Source: Synergistaceae bacterium
GTDB taxonomy: Bacteria > Synergistota > Synergistia > Synergistales > Aminobacteriaceae
Assembly: GCA_031277095.1 (NCBI GenBank)
Contig: JAISLU010000023.1
Span: forward strand, 5 to 64,004
Direction of reading: 5' to 3'
Length of the DNA stretch: 64,000 bases
Both the position numbers and the translations under genes were made by a program. The notes beneath the pieces were generated by a model. It was given only the letters and a program-made list of their open reading frames with translations. It made no database searches and had not been told where the DNA came from. This document shows positions 61,376-64,000 of the stretch, piece after piece; positions within the stretch are counted from its first letter, which is position 1, and each line of letters opens with the position of its first letter.

Positions 61376-62392
61376 TCAGCAAGGGGGTGAGGGCCGGCCG
61401 CTTCGGCGGAACTGAGCCGGAGAGACGCCGTAACGTTTTTTGAAAGCGTTGCTGAAATTTCCGCTGCCCAGGTATCCCACATCCCCGGCTATTTCGGAGA
61501 CGGCCTTGCTCGTGTCCAGCAGCATGATCGCGGCGCGCTCCAGGCATACGTCCCGGCGGTGGGCATAAATGGGTTTGCCGAAAATTTCTTTGAACCCGCG
61601 CTTCAATTTTGTGGCGTTCAGCGACAGCTCCCGGGCAAGCTCCGGAATGGACGGAGGGGCGCCGCGGCGCTCCATCAGAATTTCGGGGACGCTTTTTATC
61701 CGTTCCACTTCAAATTCGTCCAAATTTTCGGGGGTTTCGTCCGGAGGGAGTCCGCGCGCAATGATTTTCAGGAGAATTTCCCTCAATATGTTTTCGAAAA
61801 ACATCTGCTTGATACGATGGGGATAATGACAGTGGGCGACCTGAAAAAAAGAGTTGACCACGTCCGGGGAAGGAGACATGAGAGGGTACAATTTCCGGCA
61901 TTTTCCCCCTCCGCCCGACTCTATCGTTTCCGACCACAGTTCATATCCGCTTTCTTCCAAAATTTTGCCCAGCACTTCATTGGGTGAGCGGAGGGCGGAG
62001 AACGAAATCGTTTTAAGGGGCAGATCCCGGTAATAGGTGATCTTGCCCTGGGAACCCGAAGGGGGCGCTATGTAAAGGTGCCGGGAGCCGATTACGTCCT
62101 CCCCGTAACCTTCCGTCAGAAGATAAAAAGAACCCTCCCTCACGTACCCGATCTCGAAAAAACCCAGATCCAGTTCATATTTGAAGTGAATGTCCGCAGC
62201 CGGCACTATTTCATAAAGCTGCAGCTCCACCATACCGAACAGTCGGTACCTTTCACTCTTGACGGAGGCAAAAGGAGTCCTCAAATGGAAAACAAGCCCC
62301 TCAGGAAAATCCTCTGCGCGATCCCTTTCGGTTGTCGCGCGGCAAAATTCGGCGTAATCCCCAAAATTGACGGTGTCGAAACGCGTTGGCAT
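61376..62392 (-). CDS. AraC-family transcriptional regulator
   Basis: C-terminal HTH pair (IPELARELSLNATKLKRGFKEIFGKPIYAHRRDVCLERA...GYLGSGNFSNAFKKRYGVSPAQFRR). ATG at 62392. Confidence 0.85.
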   Translation of the reverse strand: MPTRFDTVNFGDYAEFCRATTERDRAEDFPEGLVFHLRTPFASVKSERYRLFGMVELQLYEIVPAADIHFKYELDLGFFEIGYVREGSFYLLTEGYGEDVIGSRHLYIAPPSGSQGKITYYRDLPLKTISFSALRSPNEVLGKILEESGYELWSETIESGGGGKCRKLYPLMSPSPDVVNSFFQVAHCHYPHRIKQMFFENILREILLKIIARGLPPDETPENLDEFEVERIKSVPEILMERRGAPPSIPELARELSLNATKLKRGFKEIFGKPIYAHRRDVCLERAAIMLLDTSKAVSEIAGDVGYLGSGNFSNAFKKRYGVSPAQFRRSGRPSPPC

Positions 62393-62644
62393 TTGAGATT
62401 TCTCCTCGATAACAAAATAACATAATAACACAATACCCAAAAATTGAGAAAATTTATTTACACGACAAACTTTTTGACTTTTTGACAGTATAAAAGATAC
62501 GCCTCAAAAAGATACGCTTCAATGTGAAAAGACCTTCCCGCATAAAAAATATACCCGCAAGCATACTCGATTTTAAGTTTAATGCCTCATACTTTTATCG
62601 ATACTTCAGGTTGCAGGTTTAGGTTTTCGTCACAATATTTTCTG

Positions 62645-62674
62645 AACGTTATCACATGAAACGTTATCACATGA
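62645..62674 (+). repeat. Tandem duplication 15 nt x2 (AACGTTATCACATGA) that duplicates the start codon of the downstream gene
   Basis: Read directly. ATGs at 62656 and 62671 are in frame. Confidence 0.9.
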
Positions 62675-63888
62675 AAGGAAGGTTTTTCGCGATGCGCAGA
62701 AAAAGCGGGATTCTATGGGTATTGCTGGCAGGGACATTCGTTTTTATGCTCCTTTGCGGCGGATGCGGCGGCTCGTCTAACGACGGAGGCTCGGACTTTG
62801 CAGGGGGAAGCGGAACGAGGGAGGATCCGTGGCAGATCGCCACAGCGCAACAACTGGAGAACGTAGGTCATCATCTTGCGGGGCACTTCCTTTTGACGAG
62901 GGATATCGACCTCGCCTCCTACGAAAACTGGACACCGCTGGGCGCGTTTGTCCCCGCCTCCGGGGAGGACGAAGAGGCGCCGATTATGGAGTTGACTTTC
63001 ACGGGCGTCTTCGACGGCGGCGGCCACACGATTTCGAATGTCACAGTCAGCGCGCCGGAAGGATCGGGCGTCGGGCTTTTTGGCTGTACGGCGGGGGATA
63101 ACGGTTCGGTCTCGAATTTGACCGTCAAGAACGTGAAAGTGAAAGGCGCTATGCTTGTGGGGGGCGTAGTCGGCTACGGCAGAGGTTCCGGGGTGAAGAA
63201 CGTTCGGCTGGCGGGAGACAATACGGTCGAAGGCGGATTCCTCGTTGGGGGCATCGTAGGCGGAGGCTTTTGCGATATCGAAGGCTGTACGGCTCAGGCG
63301 GACGTGACGCTTTCCGGTAACGACTCCCAAGGCATAGGAGTGCTTGCCGGAGGCATGGAAGCGTGCGATATCGTCGATAGCTCCGCGGCAGGCACCGTAA
63401 CCGTGAACGGTACGGGCAACATGAGCATCGGCGGGCTCGCCGGCTCGGCGCACAACAGCAAAAATGTCCGAAACTGCACGTCCGATGTGACCATGACAAT
63501 CGGCGGGAACAACATATTGATCGGCGGCCTTGTGGGTCATTCCGGAATGGAAAGCAGCGAAGGCGACGAACCCACGTCGATCTCCGGCTGTTCGGCGACT
63601 GCCGTCATCAATGCGTCCGCCGGCTCCGAGCGTATAGGCGGGATCGTCGGAGGCGGATTTTTCACGCAGCAGTACCGGGAGTTCCGCCCGGAGCCTGGGG
63701 CGATACGTGTAGAGAAATGCGTCACCCACGGAAAAATCGACGGAGGGACCCTCGCAGGCACCCTCATCGGCTACGCTTACTCCAACTCCGTCGCCGAGGG
63801 TTGCACCTCCGACATGACAATAAACGGCCAACCCGGAGACCCCATCGGCGCCACCTCCGCCACCGTCTCCCTGGACGATTTGAAGTAA
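62656..63888 (+). CDS. Putative surface lipoprotein with GLUG-motif repeats
   Basis: Signal peptide ...VFMLLCGGCGG. Recurrent GG(L/I/V)VG motifs (GGVVGYG, GGIVGGG, IGGLAGSA, IGGLVGHS, IGGIVGGG), as in GLUG-repeat adhesin or protease accessory domains. Start ambiguous (62656/62671/62692). Confidence 0.65.
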   Translation: MKRYHMKGRFFAMRRKSGILWVLLAGTFVFMLLCGGCGGSSNDGGSDFAGGSGTREDPWQIATAQQLENVGHHLAGHFLLTRDIDLASYENWTPLGAFVPASGEDEEAPIMELTFTGVFDGGGHTISNVTVSAPEGSGVGLFGCTAGDNGSVSNLTVKNVKVKGAMLVGGVVGYGRGSGVKNVRLAGDNTVEGGFLVGGIVGGGFCDIEGCTAQADVTLSGNDSQGIGVLAGGMEACDIVDSSAAGTVTVNGTGNMSIGGLAGSAHNSKNVRNCTSDVTMTIGGNNILIGGLVGHSGMESSEGDEPTSISGCSATAVINASAGSERIGGIVGGGFFTQQYREFRPEPGAIRVEKCVTHGKIDGGTLAGTLIGYAYSNSVAEGCTSDMTINGQPGDPIGATSATVSLDDLK

Positions 63889-64000
63889 AGCAACTATACC
63901 CAAACCCAAATCCGCGAGACAAATTCAGGAGAACGCTGTCAATCCTCTCAATGCAATAGGGCGATTTTTTCTTTTTCCCTCAATGGTGAAAAAGGGAAAA

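Noticed and set aside
548-63909. Many other long antisense or alternative-frame ORFs: 548..1687+, 2710..4107-, 4307..5449-, 9198..10361-, 10226..11314-, 12029..13141-, 13523..14548-, 26674..28041-, 29259..30449-, 30932..31903-, 33356..34666-, 39586..40650+, 56681..57988-, 58867..60045+, 60236..61375-, 62713..63909-
   Set aside because: Each fully overlaps a gene with unmistakable family motifs on the other strand or frame. Each has an R/G/P/A-dominated composition.

Overview
64-kb chromosomal segment of a GC-rich anaerobe. The backbone looks roughly 60% GC by eye; nothing was computed. The Firmicute-like tmk-DUF327-holB-ricT gene order, the amino-acid and ketone-body catabolic genes, and one C-terminal sorting-signal-like tail suggest Synergistota, but this is inference and unverified.

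Backbone content:
- Housekeeping genes: galE, birA, prfB (with the classical +1 frameshift site), an S55-type peptidase, tmk, holB, ricT, ftsY, purB, a Xer recombinase, punA, an M23 peptidase, folK-folP, a class II aldolase, cca, hypF and lplA.
- Uptake and catabolic modules: mglBAC, bdhA-gntP-atoDA, an M20 amidohydrolase with a transporter, and a BMP-type ABC system.
- Three tRNAs: Leu-CAA, Glu-CTC, Gln-CTG.

Four visibly lower-GC patches interrupt the backbone:
- 134-600: an AT-rich segment bounded by inverted repeats, next to a truncated tnpB.
- ~16.85-21.9 kb: an ABC transporter beside tRNA-Leu.
- ~36.4-38.7 kb: a surface protein plus an AraC regulator beside tRNA-Gln/Glu.
- ~45.3-56.4 kb: a glycan cassette whose left junction lies inside wzt.

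The glycan cassette encodes a NeuB-like synthase, a NeuA-HAD phosphatase fusion, four methyltransferases plus a truncated paralogue, an aminotransferase, a cupin, a GT1 glycosyltransferase and a relBE module. A vapBC module is wedged between wzm and wzt.

The most unusual signal is not a gene. More than 20 unrelated short tandem arrays (units mostly 12 or 15 nt) sit on or next to start and stop codons of backbone genes. Each unit carries a start-codon-like NTG(A/G) core.

No CRISPR array, rRNA gene, prophage or recognisable defence operon was seen. Long antisense ORFs in the GC-rich parts are treated as shadow ORFs.
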